Part shown: one piece after another, positions 20,205-30,577 of the stretch
How positions within the stretch are numbered: position 1 is the first letter of the stretch
Layout: each line of letters starts with the position of its first letter
Assembly (NCBI GenBank): GCA_963845535.1
Contig: CAWJSK010000002.1
Span: 64,001 to 128,000, forward strand
Direction of reading: 5' to 3'
Length of the DNA stretch: 64,000 nucleotides
DNA from: an uncultured Spirochaetota bacterium
GTDB lineage: Bacteria; Spirochaetota; Spirochaetia; SZUA-6; Fen-1364
The notes under the pieces: generated by a model
The model's database searches: none
The model's input: only the letters and a program-made list of their open reading frames with translations
Told to the model about the DNA's origin: nothing
Position numbers and translations under genes: made by a program

Positions 20205-22886
20205 TCAAGATTTTGCGATTGCGCGCGGGGGGAGCGCCTGGGGGAGCGGGAACGCCTGCGGAACTTGCGGGCGTCCCTGTGAGACACCCTGGGGGAGCGC
20301 CCGCGCTCCCGGCGCCTGCGCCTCGTTGGCGCGGTAAAGAAGGGCTGCCGCGAGATACAGTCCCGCCACGCACAGGAGCACCACGGTGAATCCAGCGGAT
20401 ACGGAAATCACGCGCGTCAGGACGGACCCGGTCACGGAGAGGGCCCCGTTCATCCCCCACGCCCAGGGGAGTATCTCCTTTCGATTCCCGGACAGGGCAG
20501 AGAGTCCCGTGGGAAACGGCACGCCCATGCACAGCCCCAAGGGAGCTACGATGATCACGGCTGCCAGCGCCTTGACGAAAAGGGGCAGGCCAAGGAGAAG
20601 GCGCAGGAGGACGGGCAGGCCGATCAGGCAGGCGAGGATCAGGACGGCCAGGGCGCCGGTCGCGTAGCGCACGATCCGGATCCGTGGGACCTTCACCTTC
20701 GCGCTGAGGAGGCTCCCCGTTCCCGAGGAGATCAGGAGCGCCGTGATGACAACCGCGTTGGCGTAGACCGGGTCAGCCAGGAAGTACACGAACCGTTGAA
20801 TGAGGAATATCTCCGCCATCATGTACCCGAGCCCGAGGCATCCGTAGTACAGGATGATGGACAGAGTGCCTTTCTTCCCCGCAAAGAGCTCGCGCCGCCG
20901 CGCTATGAGCGGCAGGGCAATGATGACGAGCGCGAAAACGAGAGACTGCAGGAGCGTGCCGATCAGGAGGAGGTATCCCCATTCCTCCGAGACTCCTCCC
21001 AGCTTCTTGAGGAGGAGGGGTATGGTGCGCGGCTTGATGTAGCCGGAATAGTAGGGCCTGTCATCCGTGGCCGGGCGGATGTCGAAGAAATACCGGGAGA
21101 AAAGCTCATCCTGGCGGAAGTTGGCGAGCTCCTGGAGGCACAACCTGTAGAAGTCTCCCGACCTCAGGTTATCATCCGTTGCCTGCTGCGCTGGTGCCGC
21201 CCCGTTCCCCTCGGCCGCTTTGCTTTGCCCGCCGCCAGTTCCGCCGCCAGTCCCCCCGCCCGTTTCGTAAAGGCGGGCATATCCGGCGAGCATTCCCTCG
21301 AGAGCCTTCGGGGGGCTTTCCGGGATGCCGGGATAGTAGTCGACGTCAAAGGACATCCGCTGGCAGTATTCGTTCAGCGCCGCAATCTCCTGGGGCAGGA
21401 AATCCGACTTTTTCACAAGGACAGTGGCCGTTGACAAGAGGAGGTTGAAGGCGAATACCCGCTTCTGCGGGCTTTCGTCGTAATTTCCCCGGATGGCTTC
21501 CGCAATGGAAGCGAGGAGCTTCGGGACGTTGCGCGGCGGGCTCAGCCGGTCCCAGACGGTGATAGAAAGGATCCCGTCCGGGGCAAGGCATTTCAGATAG
21601 TCGCGGATGGCCTCCGCGGTGTAGAGGTAGTTCTCCTCCACCGAATAGCCGCCGGCCTGGGAAAGCCCAACGGAGTCCACGAGGCCAATCTCCACCAGGT
21701 CGAACTTCTCCCGGGTGGTGCCGGCGTAAGCGCGCGGCTCGGTGTTGATGATCTTCACGCGCGCGTCCTGGAGCACCCCGCCGGTGTACGTGCGGAAGAA
21801 AGGCACGTCCCTCAGCATGTGGATCAGGCCCGGATCCGGCTCCACGACCCTGATATCGCTTGCCCCATTGTGGATTGCGGTATGGACCCCGGCGCCCCCG
21901 CCGAGCCGGAGGATCAGCACTTTCGGCTTGTCCAGCAGGAGATACGGGGCCGACATGGGGAGGAAGTCCAGGTAGCGGTCCTCCCCTGGGCCGAGCTTCC
22001 GCATGATCCCCACCGGCCCGTTGCCGTCCGTGAACAGGCCGAGGAACGCGTTCTGCGGCATTGGGCCCATGGCAAAGCTCGCCGTGTCACTCAGCCCGGG
22101 GGCAAAATGGAAATACGAGCTGGAGAAGACCCTCATTTCCCCGCGGGGGCTCGCGGCCCTGTAGACTTCCGTGACGTCAGGGTATTTGAGGGCATAGCTG
22201 ATGGGCTTGAAGTCAGACACGGAAAGCTCCCCATATCGTCCAACCAGGAGGAAGCACATCGCGGTGAGGAGGCCGTAGATCATTGCCTCCTGGGACCTGA
22301 GGCGGAACCTGCTCTCCACGGGAGACCACCAGATGCAGCACAGGAGCGCGGGGACGACGCTGAGCCCGACCAAGGGATAGATGAGGGAACCCGGGGGTAT
22401 GACGAACATCAGTCCCAGGATGAAAAGCCCTCCCAGCCCGGACCCGACCATGTTCCAGAAATACAGCTTGTGGATCTGGCTCGCCAGCGCGATGAAAGCC
22501 GCCCCTATGAAAAGCCCTCCCGCGAAGAAAGGGACCGCGTAGATGACGTAGTATGCGCCGATCCACGCGAGCTGTGTCGGGTCCGAGGTGATGAGCACCG
22601 GGTTGAACGGGATGCGCTGGGCGAGCACGTGAGCCACCGCCATGGAAGGCCCCAGCGCGAAGGCGGAGGAAATGAGCCACAGATCGGGGTGACGGCGCAC
22701 GCGCTCCGAGAGGAACGTGAGCAGGGTCCCGGCCAGACCGAACCCGAGGAGGGCAATGCTGATCACCATGGAGCCGAAGTTCGACCAGCTAGCGACGGAG
22801 AACACCCGCATGACCTCGATCTCGAAAGCAAGCACGCACACGGAGACGAAGAACAGCGCCGCAAGCCGCAGGTGGGAAAGTTTCAT
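20205..22886 (-). CDS. Polytopic membrane protein with spermidine-synthase-like SAM-binding domain
   Basis: N- and C-terminal TM bundles flanking VLILRLGGGAG..VVEPD; PWAWGMNG. Confidence 0.75.
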   Translation of the reverse strand: MKLSHLRLAALFFVSVCVLAFEIEVMRVFSVASWSNFGSMVISIALLGFGLAGTLLTFLSERVRRHPDLWLISSAFALGPSMAVAHVLAQRIPFNPVLITSDPTQLAWIGAYYVIYAVPFFAGGLFIGAAFIALASQIHKLYFWNMVGSGLGGLFILGLMFVIPPGSLIYPLVGLSVVPALLCCIWWSPVESRFRLRSQEAMIYGLLTAMCFLLVGRYGELSVSDFKPISYALKYPDVTEVYRAASPRGEMRVFSSSYFHFAPGLSDTASFAMGPMPQNAFLGLFTDGNGPVGIMRKLGPGEDRYLDFLPMSAPYLLLDKPKVLILRLGGGAGVHTAIHNGASDIRVVEPDPGLIHMLRDVPFFRTYTGGVLQDARVKIINTEPRAYAGTTREKFDLVEIGLVDSVGLSQAGGYSVEENYLYTAEAIRDYLKCLAPDGILSITVWDRLSPPRNVPKLLASIAEAIRGNYDESPQKRVFAFNLLLSTATVLVKKSDFLPQEIAALNEYCQRMSFDVDYYPGIPESPPKALEGMLAGYARLYETGGGTGGGTGGGQSKAAEGNGAAPAQQATDDNLRSGDFYRLCLQELANFRQDELFSRYFFDIRPATDDRPYYSGYIKPRTIPLLLKKLGGVSEEWGYLLLIGTLLQSLVFALVIIALPLIARRRELFAGKKGTLSIILYYGCLGLGYMMAEIFLIQRFVYFLADPVYANAVVITALLISSGTGSLLSAKVKVPRIRIVRYATGALAVLILACLIGLPVLLRLLLGLPLFVKALAAVIIVAPLGLCMGVPFPTGLSALSGNRKEILPWAWGMNGALSVTGSVLTRVISVSAGFTVVLLCVAGLYLAAALLYRANEAQAPGARALPQGVSQGRPQVPQAFPLPQALPPRAIAKS

Positions 22887-22902
22887 TTCAGCGCTTCATC
22901 CC

Positions 22903-24124
22903 TCATTTGGTGTGCAGACCGCTCCTGCTCGTGAAGGGCACGAAGATGATGGTTCCGCCGTGGTAGATGTCCTCACGCTCCAGGCGCACGCTCCCGTCCG
23001 GCAGCACGTGCTTGATGATCCGAAGTATCGTCTGGCCCGAAGGCGGTCCGACAGGGATCACCATGATTCCTTCGGGGGCCAGCTCGCGCAGCAGCTCGGG
23101 AGGGATATGGTCAATTCCGCATGTGACGATGATCCGGTCAAACGGCGCATACTGCTGCCATCCGAAGTATCCGTCATCGATCTTTCGCTTCACGTTGCGG
23201 TACTCAGGGAACCTGTCCCAGAGGCTCCGGTAGATCCGGTCAGTTTCCCGCGCCAGGGCTTCCACGATCTCCACGGAAAAAACGTGGCTGGAAAGCTCGG
23301 AAAGCAACGCGGATTGGTAGCCCGAGCCCGTCCCCACCTCGAGCACGCTTTGGTTGGGCTGCGGATTGAGGGCGTCAGTCATCCGTGCCACGAGATAGGG
23401 CCCTGAGATGGTCTGCCCGTACCCGATGGGCATCGCCGCGTTTTCATACGCCCTCTGAGGGGTCCTGCAGAACTCTTCCCGCGGAGTGAGGAGGAATCCC
23501 TCGAGGACCCGGGTGCTGTGGATCTGCCCAAGGGCAACAATCTCCTGCCCGCAGTCCCATCTGGCGGAAAGGAACGTGTCCGGCTGGTTCGTATGGGTCT
23601 TCATCCATTCCAGGTACGTGGCCCGATCAGTAATGGGGGGATGAAGATTGCGCCTGGCGATGTCCACCGCGGGCCTCTCGTTTGCAAGGACGGTGGCCTG
23701 CGCGAACCGCACCGCTTCGGCCGGCTTCGCTTGCGAAACCGCGGGAGCGCCTTGCGCGGAGGCCGCACTCGGCGCTGGGGCCGCAGCGGGGGCCGGCGGC
23801 GCGGCGGCGTTTGGCGCGGCGGCAGCCTGCCCCCGGCTACTTGGCGGCTGGTCATTCGAGGCATGCCGCGCGAGGGGGATATCGATTGCCGCGAAGAGGA
23901 CAAGAGAAAGGAGCGCCACGGTCATTGAATACAGGATCGGAATCCACGAGACCGGGGAGTACCTGCGGGTGCGTGAGAGGTCTCTCAGGGGGTCGTACCC
24001 GCATGCCCCGCAGACCTGCCAGGGGGCCAGATCGAATCCGCATTCGGGGCAGATCTTGTCAGGAGGGAGCCGGATCCTCCCGCGGATCGGTCCCAGTGGC
24101 CTTTGTAGCGTGGCTTTCCTCCAT
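22903..24124 (-). CDS. pcm: Protein-L-isoaspartate O-methyltransferase with N-terminal Zn ribbon, TM helix and Ala/Pro linker
   Basis: IGYGQTISGP, VLEVGTGSGYQ, APFDRIIVT. Start is uncertain (ATG 24124 with a frameshift near 24065, or the in-frame start at 24213). Confidence 0.8.
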
Positions 24125-24200
24125 AGAGATTGTAGTTCGCGCGCGCGCCCGAGTCCATGTCTCTTGCGCGTTACGCGGAATCCCGTCAGGATGTCCAGCC

Positions 24201-25100
24201 GTGCTGCAATCAACCGTTGTCCGATACCTCGCCATTGTCCTTGGGACGGTGCTATGGGACGTGGGGGCCATATTGCAAAAGCGCGCCGTCGGGCGGATGC
24301 CCGTGGGGAGGCTCCCTATCCGGACACTCCTGGGGTCCGGGGGTTGGATGCTCGGGATGCTGGTCACCGCGGCCGGGTGGGGCATGTTTGTTTTCGGCCT
24401 TGACCAGGTGCCGATATCCGCGGCGCGCATGGTCACGGCGGGCAGTTACGTCATCCTGGCTGTATTCTCAACGGTATTTCTACGCACGCCTCTTTCCGTG
24501 TGGGAGTGGGCGGCGCTTGCCTGCGTGACCATCGGGATCCTCCTGCTGGGCTTGCAGGAGAGTCCCGCGGACGCCCCTGTGATCCCTCCCACCATCAGGG
24601 TGATCCTCGGCGCGGCATGCATCACCGTCCTTTCCCTGATTGTCTTTTTTGTCCCGCGATTCCTCAAAGGCTTGTCACGGGGAACCGCCGTGGCTCTTTT
24701 CGCCTTTTCAGCGCTGTCCGGCCTTCTGGGAAGCGTCGGGGACCTGCTGACGAAAGTGTTCCTGGCGCTCGCGCAGGCGCAGCCTGTCCCTGTGCCGTCA
24801 CTCATCCTCGCCGCGGCAGGCTTCATCGCTTTCTATCTGACCGGATTCTACATGCTGTCCCGCGCCTACCAGTCAGGGACCGTTGTCGGTGGAGTGGTGG
24901 TCTCTGATTTCTTCGGCAGAGTCGGTGTCCTGTTCCTTGGCTCGCTGGTGCTTTCTGAGCCGATCGGGGGGCCGGCCGGGGGCGGGCTGCAGCGAGCCGT
25001 TGGCTTCCTCCTAGTGCTCGGCGGGTCGCTCCTCCTGGGGCGGTTTGCGGCAGCTTCTGAGGGCCGCAAACCAGCCCAGGCCAAGCGAACAGGCTCTTAG
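24201..25100 (+). CDS. DMT/EamA-like membrane protein
   Basis: About 9-10 hydrophobic segments in two repeats, with an LQKRAV motif. GTG start inferred. Confidence 0.6.
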   Translation: MLQSTVVRYLAIVLGTVLWDVGAILQKRAVGRMPVGRLPIRTLLGSGGWMLGMLVTAAGWGMFVFGLDQVPISAARMVTAGSYVILAVFSTVFLRTPLSVWEWAALACVTIGILLLGLQESPADAPVIPPTIRVILGAACITVLSLIVFFVPRFLKGLSRGTAVALFAFSALSGLLGSVGDLLTKVFLALAQAQPVPVPSLILAAAGFIAFYLTGFYMLSRAYQSGTVVGGVVVSDFFGRVGVLFLGSLVLSEPIGGPAGGGLQRAVGFLLVLGGSLLLGRFAAASEGRKPAQAKRTGS

Positions 25101-25804
25101 CGGGACGCCTTGAAGCCTGGTGAAACCATCTTCTCATCCACCATGACGGGCACGTCAGGTCCGGGGAACTCGTACTTGCCAACCACTCCCGCGTCCGTAT
25201 GGAGCATGGCAAAGAGGATGGGAGTGGCCTTGGCGGCGTTGATCTTGACCTTGAGCATCCTGGTCAGCCCGTCCTTCACTTCCGCGTACCCGATCACCGG
25301 GCCGGGCGCGCCTTTCGAGTCTGCATGAATGACGAGCCAGCCCGGACCATTGCTCAGGACTTCATCCATCACGACCGTCGACGCCTTGATCGTCTGGTTT
25401 TTAACGACGACCCTGGCATCCAGATCGCTTACCATGAAGGATGGGTTGACCATCTCCCCGTTCAGCATGACGGGGAGATCGGGGCCGGGGAACTCGTACG
25501 TGCCGACCTTGCCGGCGTCCGTGTGAAGCATGGCGAACAGTTTCGGAGTTGCCGTGTAGGAATCAATTTTCACGATCACGTCCTTGTTTTCACCATCTTT
25601 CACCGCCGCGTATCCGACCACGCCTCCCGGTCCCCCGCCTTCTTCCTTGTGGATCACGATCCATCCCGGACCGTCACTAACCACCTGGGCGATGGTGACG
25701 GTGTCGTCCTTGTCGGGCTGGTTGGAAACTATGACGGCCGGCGTGCCCCACGCGGAGGCGGAAACCAGGAGCGGAAACAGAAGCACCATGAGCGGAGCTT
25801 TCAT
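25097..25804 (-). CDS. Secreted protein with two tandem ~105-aa repeats (DUF7282-like)
   Basis: Signal peptide; the repeat GPGWxVIH..PGxVxGYA..KDG..LFAMLHTDAGxVGxYEFPGPD occurs twice. Confidence 0.7.
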   Translation of the reverse strand: MKAPLMVLLFPLLVSASAWGTPAVIVSNQPDKDDTVTIAQVVSDGPGWIVIHKEEGGGPGGVVGYAAVKDGENKDVIVKIDSYTATPKLFAMLHTDAGKVGTYEFPGPDLPVMLNGEMVNPSFMVSDLDARVVVKNQTIKASTVVMDEVLSNGPGWLVIHADSKGAPGPVIGYAEVKDGLTRMLKVKINAAKATPILFAMLHTDAGVVGKYEFPGPDVPVMVDEKMVSPGFKASR

Positions 25805-25854
25805 ACACACCTCTTTCGCGGTCCGGGCTTTCTCTGCCGGACCGCACCGGTGTA

Positions 25855-25880
25855 TACGCAGCCACGGCACGCCTGGATGG
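25855..25880 (-). promoter_or_regulatory. Putative SigK-like ECF promoter
   Basis: CCATCC-N16-CGTA on the minus strand, between the anti-sigma stop and the secreted-protein gene. Confidence 0.5.
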
Positions 25881-25883
25881 AGG

Positions 25884-26588
25884 CTACAGGCCGCCGCTCA
25901 AGACCGGCGCGCCGCGCGGTGACACGCTGCCTTCCGCCGGCTCCACTGAGACGCTGAAAGCCTGAAAGCCCTTGAATCCTCCGGGAGCTTTGACGAGGAG
26001 AGACCCATATCCGTCGTCGTCCACCGTGAAAAGCCCGCCGCTCTTGGCCTCACCATCTTTCTTCAGCCACAGTTGGTAGCGCGAATCAGGGCTGAGCCTT
26101 GGGAGGCCCCGGACGGCCAGGACCCCCTCGCTATCTTCCATGTCGACAACGATCGTCCCGTACGCGCCGTCATGCCGGCTTGTTCCCGTGAGGGCCACCG
26201 TCACGAGACCCCGCGATTGAGCCTCGAAACGAGGGGAGTGAACCCACTGAACGACGTTTGCCGCGGCGAGCAAGAGGATCAACGCGCCGGCTGCCATGGC
26301 AAAGCCGGGGTGCCACGTCCGTGCGGGCCTTGTGGTTCTTCGGGCGCCCATGAGCGAAGCTTCCCGTATGATCCTTTCCTCCACGTTCGGTCTCGGCGCC
26401 GACGGCGGAGACGATGCTTGCGCAGCGCCCAGCGCAACCTGGTCCGTGACCCGCAGAAAGCCTGCCAGCTCCCGACGACATGCCCTGCATCCGGGAAGGT
26501 GCGCCTGTACCAGGGCAGAATCATCCGGGTCAAGGGCGTCAAGGGCGTACGCGGCAAGCAAGCCCTTGATCTCCTCATGGTCACTCAT
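25884..26588 (-). CDS. RskA-type anti-sigma factor
   Basis: LLAAYALDAL, HLPGCRAC (ZAS), TM helix, YQLW..FSVSVEPAEGS..P. Confidence 0.88.
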   Translation of the reverse strand: MSDHEEIKGLLAAYALDALDPDDSALVQAHLPGCRACRRELAGFLRVTDQVALGAAQASSPPSAPRPNVEERIIREASLMGARRTTRPARTWHPGFAMAAGALILLLAAANVVQWVHSPRFEAQSRGLVTVALTGTSRHDGAYGTIVVDMEDSEGVLAVRGLPRLSPDSRYQLWLKKDGEAKSGGLFTVDDDGYGSLLVKAPGGFKGFQAFSVSVEPAEGSVSPRGAPVLSGGL

Positions 26589-26644
26589 CGTGCGCAGCGC
26601 CTCCTCCCCCATGCATACAAATACGCAGAAAAGCCCTCGAAGGA

Positions 26645-27221
26645 TTACCACTCATCCGCATCGTCCTTCAAGAGTTCCCGAAGGCTGAGCATCGCCGATC
26701 TGATCCTGGATTTGACCGTGCCCAGGGGCTCTCCCGTGGCGGCGGCAATCTGGCGATGCGTCTCTCCCTGGAAGAATGCGCGGGACAACGTCTCTCTTTG
26801 TTCCCGGGGAAGGGAAAGGATTGCGCGGGAAACTCGCGTGCGAAGCTCATCCGTTTCCACAGGGGCTGGCCGGGTCAGGGAGAGCGCTCACGGCCGCGCT
26901 CCTCATTTCCTCCCAGACGTCCCGCGCGCGCGCCTCATGCGAGCCGCGTCGGCGAAGCAGATCGATGGCCCGGTTGCGGGCAATCCGCGCGAGCCACGTG
27001 CGAACCTGCGCCTTCTCGCTCCGGTAGGTGTCGGCTTTTTCCCAGGCGCGAAGGAACACGTCCTGGCAGATCTCCTCCGCGGCTTCGTTGTCCAGGAGGA
27101 TCCGCCAGGCAAGCCCGTAGACCAGTCTTGCGTGCCGCGCGTACAGCGCCCGCAGCGCGCGCGTGTCACCGCGGGCCATGCGGCGGATCAGCTCGGTGTC
27201 GTCCGGCGCCTCGTCAGGCAT
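26645..27221 (-). CDS. ECF sigma factor (SigK-like), frameshift near 26855
   Basis: AEEICQDVFLRAW and WLARIARNRAIDLLRR; region 4 PLGTVKSRIR is in a second frame. Confidence 0.85.
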
Positions 27222-27322
27222 GATGCGAATATAGTCACTCACCGACCCGGCGCACAGCCACGGGTGCACCCCGTTGACGCAATCAGGTTTCACGTTGAAA
27301 TTAGTCACATCGATGGAGAAAG

Positions 27323-30067
27323 ATGGAGAAAAGCGAAAAGCTCGGTCCTGAAATACACTTCCTCGGAAGGCTTCTGGGCGGGGTGATCCGCGAGCAGGCG
27401 GGTCTCTCCCTCTACGAGCTGGAGGAGGAGATCCGCCTCGGAGCGCGCGCGCGCAGGGAGGGCAAGCCCGGCGCGGAGAGCGCCCTGCTTTCCCGCGTGA
27501 GCTCCATCACGGCGGAGCAGGCGCGTCTGGTGGTGCGGGCGTTCACCGTGTTTTTCGACCTGGCCAATCTCGCGGAAGACAGGGAGCGCGTGCGCGTTCT
27601 TCGCGACAGGGAACGCCGAAGGCACCCTGAGCCCCGCAGCGAGTCCATGGAGGAAGCGGTCCTGATCATGCGCAGGGCTGATTTCTCCCCCGAGCAGGCG
27701 CAGGCCCTGATCGACCTCCTGGCCATCGAGCTGGTCTTCACGGCGCACCCCACGGAGGCCAAGCGCCGCTCGGTGCGGGGCCTCGTGCGGCGCATGCGCC
27801 GGGCGCTCGAGCAGATGGACGATGAAGGGCTTCTTCCCCGCGACAGGGACCGTCTGGTCACCTTGCTGCGCTCATCCCTCACGAGCCTCTGGCAGACTGA
27901 GCTCGTGAGGCCTCGCCGGCCAAGCGTGGCGGAGGAGGTCGACGTGGGGCTTTCCTTCGCCTCCACCCTGTGGGAGGTGGTCCCCCTGATCTACCGGGAC
28001 CTGCACGGGGCGCTGCAGAGGAGCTACCCGGAGTTCCCCTTTCATATTCCGCCGTTCCTGCGCTTCGGGTCATGGATCGGCGGCGACCGCGACGGGAATC
28101 CGAACGTGACCGCGGAGGTGACCGCGCACACGCTCATGAGGATGCGAAGGGCCGCTGCGGAGGCCCACCTGGGGCAGTGTCGAAGGCTCTTCGACGTGCT
28201 GACCAGCTCGAGCCTGGAGACTCCCGTCAGCAAGGAAATCCGTGCCGCTCTGGACGGGCGCGTCCGCCGGCATCCCGAGCTGGGCCCGCTCCTTGATCCC
28301 ATTTCCGAGCACGAGATCTATCGCCGCTTTCTCAAAACCATCGAATGGCGCCTGGAGCGCACGCGGGAAGCGGGAGACCTCACTCAGGCGCCCGCAGGGG
28401 CCTACGGCCGCACGGCGGAGTTTGCCGCGGACCTCGAGCTCATCAGGGAAAGCCTCAGCGCGAACGGAGGGCAGCGGATCATCGACGGGGAGCTGCAGGA
28501 CTGGCTGTGGCAGGCCTCGGTGTTCGGCCTGCATATCGCGCGGCTGGACGTTCGCCAGGAGTCGGCGTGGAACAAGCGCGTCGTGGCAGAGCTGCTGGCC
28601 TCCGCGGGGATCACCGCGGAGTATGCCTCGCTCCCCGAGGAGGAAAAGCGCGAGGTCCTTCACGCCTCCTTGTCCCACGCCGGGCCCGTCGAGACGGCGG
28701 GGTTGAGCGCCGAGGCGCGGGAGACGACGCGCCTTTTTTCGATGCTTGCCCTTGCGTCGGCGACCATCGGCGCGGAGGCCCTCGGCGGGTACATCATCAG
28801 CATGACCCACGCGCTGAGCGACGTCCTTGCGGTCCTCTGGCTTCTCACGTGCCGCTCGCTGTGCGCGCGGGCGGGGGAGCGGGGGCTCGTCATGGACATC
28901 ATCCCGCTCTTCGAGACGATCAGGGACCTCGAGGGCGCGCCGCATATCCTCACGGAAATGCTGGATGACCCGGCGTATCGCGAGCACCTCTCCCGGCGGG
29001 GCGATGTCCAGACCGTCATGATCGGGTATTCCGACAGCACGAAGGACGGCGGCTACCTTGCCGCCTGCTGGGCGTTGTACGAGGCGCAGAGCACGCTCCA
29101 TGCGGTGGCACAAAGCCGCGGGGTCCGCGTCATTTTTTTCCATGGCAGGGGAGGCTCGCTCGGGCGAGGGGGCGGCCCCGCGGCCCGGAGCATCCTTTCT
29201 CTCCCGCGGGAGTCCCTGACCGCGGGGCTGCGCATGACCGAGCAGGGGGAAGTCCTGGCGGACCGCTACGACGACCCGCGGATCGCCGGACGGCACCTGG
29301 AGCAGGTGGTGTGGGCCACGCTCATGACCTCCACGCAGCCGCTCTCTCCCCCCCGGCCGGCGTGGCGCGAGGCAATGGCGGAGCTGTCCACGGCTTCTCT
29401 CAAGCATTACCGCGCGCTCATCGACGAGCCTGGATTCCTTGCCTACTTCGAGCAATCCACGCCCATCGGGGAAATCGAGTCGCTCCCCATTGCTTCGCGG
29501 CCCGCGCACCGCTCCGGCGGACGGTCCCTGGCGGACTTGCGCTCCATCCCCTGGGTGTTCGCGTGGACCCAGAGCCGCTGCCTCATCCCGGCGTGGTACG
29601 GCATCGGCGCCGCATTCTCTTCCTTCGCCGACCGGCACAAGGACGGCTGGGGGATGCTGCGTGAGATGTACGGCGCCTGGTCGTTCTTTCGCGCTACAAT
29701 CGACAACGCGGCCCTCGCTCTCGCGAAGGCAGACCTGGGGATCGCGCGCCTTTACGCGGAGCTGGCGGAGGACTCGGGCGTCAGAGAGCGGATCTGGCAG
29801 CGCATTGCCCAGGAGTACTCCCTGGCCCGGGAAGCAGTGCTTCGAGCGCAAGGACAGGCCGAGCTTCTGGAAGAGATCCCCTGGCTGAAGAGATCGATCA
29901 CGGTCAGGAACCCGAATACGGACCCTCTCAACATGATCCAGGTGGAGTGGCTGAAAAGGCTTCGCGATTGCGAGAAAAGCGGGGATGCGGAGCGCGTGGC
30001 CGCATCCCGCGACCTGCTTCGACTCACGATTGAGGGGGTCGCAACGGGCATGCGCACTACCGGCTGA
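27323..30067 (+). CDS. ppc: Phosphoenolpyruvate carboxylase
   Basis: VFTAHPTE, WIGGDRDGNP, VMIGYSDSTKDGG, FHGRGGSLGRGG and C-terminal GMRTTG. Confidence 0.97.
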   Translation: MEKSEKLGPEIHFLGRLLGGVIREQAGLSLYELEEEIRLGARARREGKPGAESALLSRVSSITAEQARLVVRAFTVFFDLANLAEDRERVRVLRDRERRRHPEPRSESMEEAVLIMRRADFSPEQAQALIDLLAIELVFTAHPTEAKRRSVRGLVRRMRRALEQMDDEGLLPRDRDRLVTLLRSSLTSLWQTELVRPRRPSVAEEVDVGLSFASTLWEVVPLIYRDLHGALQRSYPEFPFHIPPFLRFGSWIGGDRDGNPNVTAEVTAHTLMRMRRAAAEAHLGQCRRLFDVLTSSSLETPVSKEIRAALDGRVRRHPELGPLLDPISEHEIYRRFLKTIEWRLERTREAGDLTQAPAGAYGRTAEFAADLELIRESLSANGGQRIIDGELQDWLWQASVFGLHIARLDVRQESAWNKRVVAELLASAGITAEYASLPEEEKREVLHASLSHAGPVETAGLSAEARETTRLFSMLALASATIGAEALGGYIISMTHALSDVLAVLWLLTCRSLCARAGERGLVMDIIPLFETIRDLEGAPHILTEMLDDPAYREHLSRRGDVQTVMIGYSDSTKDGGYLAACWALYEAQSTLHAVAQSRGVRVIFFHGRGGSLGRGGGPAARSILSLPRESLTAGLRMTEQGEVLADRYDDPRIAGRHLEQVVWATLMTSTQPLSPPRPAWREAMAELSTASLKHYRALIDEPGFLAYFEQSTPIGEIESLPIASRPAHRSGGRSLADLRSIPWVFAWTQSRCLIPAWYGIGAAFSSFADRHKDGWGMLREMYGAWSFFRATIDNAALALAKADLGIARLYAELAEDSGVRERIWQRIAQEYSLAREAVLRAQGQAELLEEIPWLKRSITVRNPNTDPLNMIQVEWLKRLRDCEKSGDAERVAASRDLLRLTIEGVATGMRTTG

Positions 30068-30145
30068 CGTGCGCGGGCCGGGCCCCAAATCGCCGTTTGC
30101 TAAACCCCAACTTCGGTGGTAAATTCTCTCTTGAGGCGTACAACC

Positions 30146-30547
30146 ATGGCGATAGAACCAGTTTCTTCTTTCAACGCGGGCTCTACGCTGAGCAGGCGCC
30201 CTGACCCGGTACCTGACGCGCCAGAAGCCCTGGAACAGCAGAACGACGCCACGAGAATTGCGGAGGCTGACCGCGGGGCAAGCCCGCAGTACGTCAGCGC
30301 GCCGCGGCAAACCAATGCCGCGCCCGCCGGCGGCGGAGGCGTTGACGCCGGCGCGGCCGTCAATGATCCCGAAGGCTCCATCCAGAGGGCCCAGACGCTG
30401 ATCCAGAGCGTGAACGCCAACGGCGCGCCCTCGGAAGCCGAGACCCGCCGGGCCGCGGAGGCGTACCAGACGGCCTCAGCGGCCCAAAACCAGATCGCGC
30501 AGACCCAGCAGGCCGAAGGCGCGCAGTCCCTGGACGTCCTGGCCTGA
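30146..30547 (+). CDS. Hypothetical protein, SprA-related C-terminal motif
   Basis: DPEGSIQRAQ..APSEAETRRAAEA resembles the SprA-related DPxATIxKA..PSxQDxxVAAxA; ends with LDVLA. Confidence 0.5.
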   Translation: MAIEPVSSFNAGSTLSRRPDPVPDAPEALEQQNDATRIAEADRGASPQYVSAPRQTNAAPAGGGGVDAGAAVNDPEGSIQRAQTLIQSVNANGAPSEAETRRAAEAYQTASAAQNQIAQTQQAEGAQSLDVLA

Positions 30548-30577
30548 GAAGCAGCCGCCGGCTTCTGAAAGAGGGAA

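Noticed and set aside
20215..20330. GGGGAGCGCC repeats as REP elements
   Set aside because: They lie within the low-complexity C-terminal tail of a CDS, and no dispersed family was seen elsewhere.
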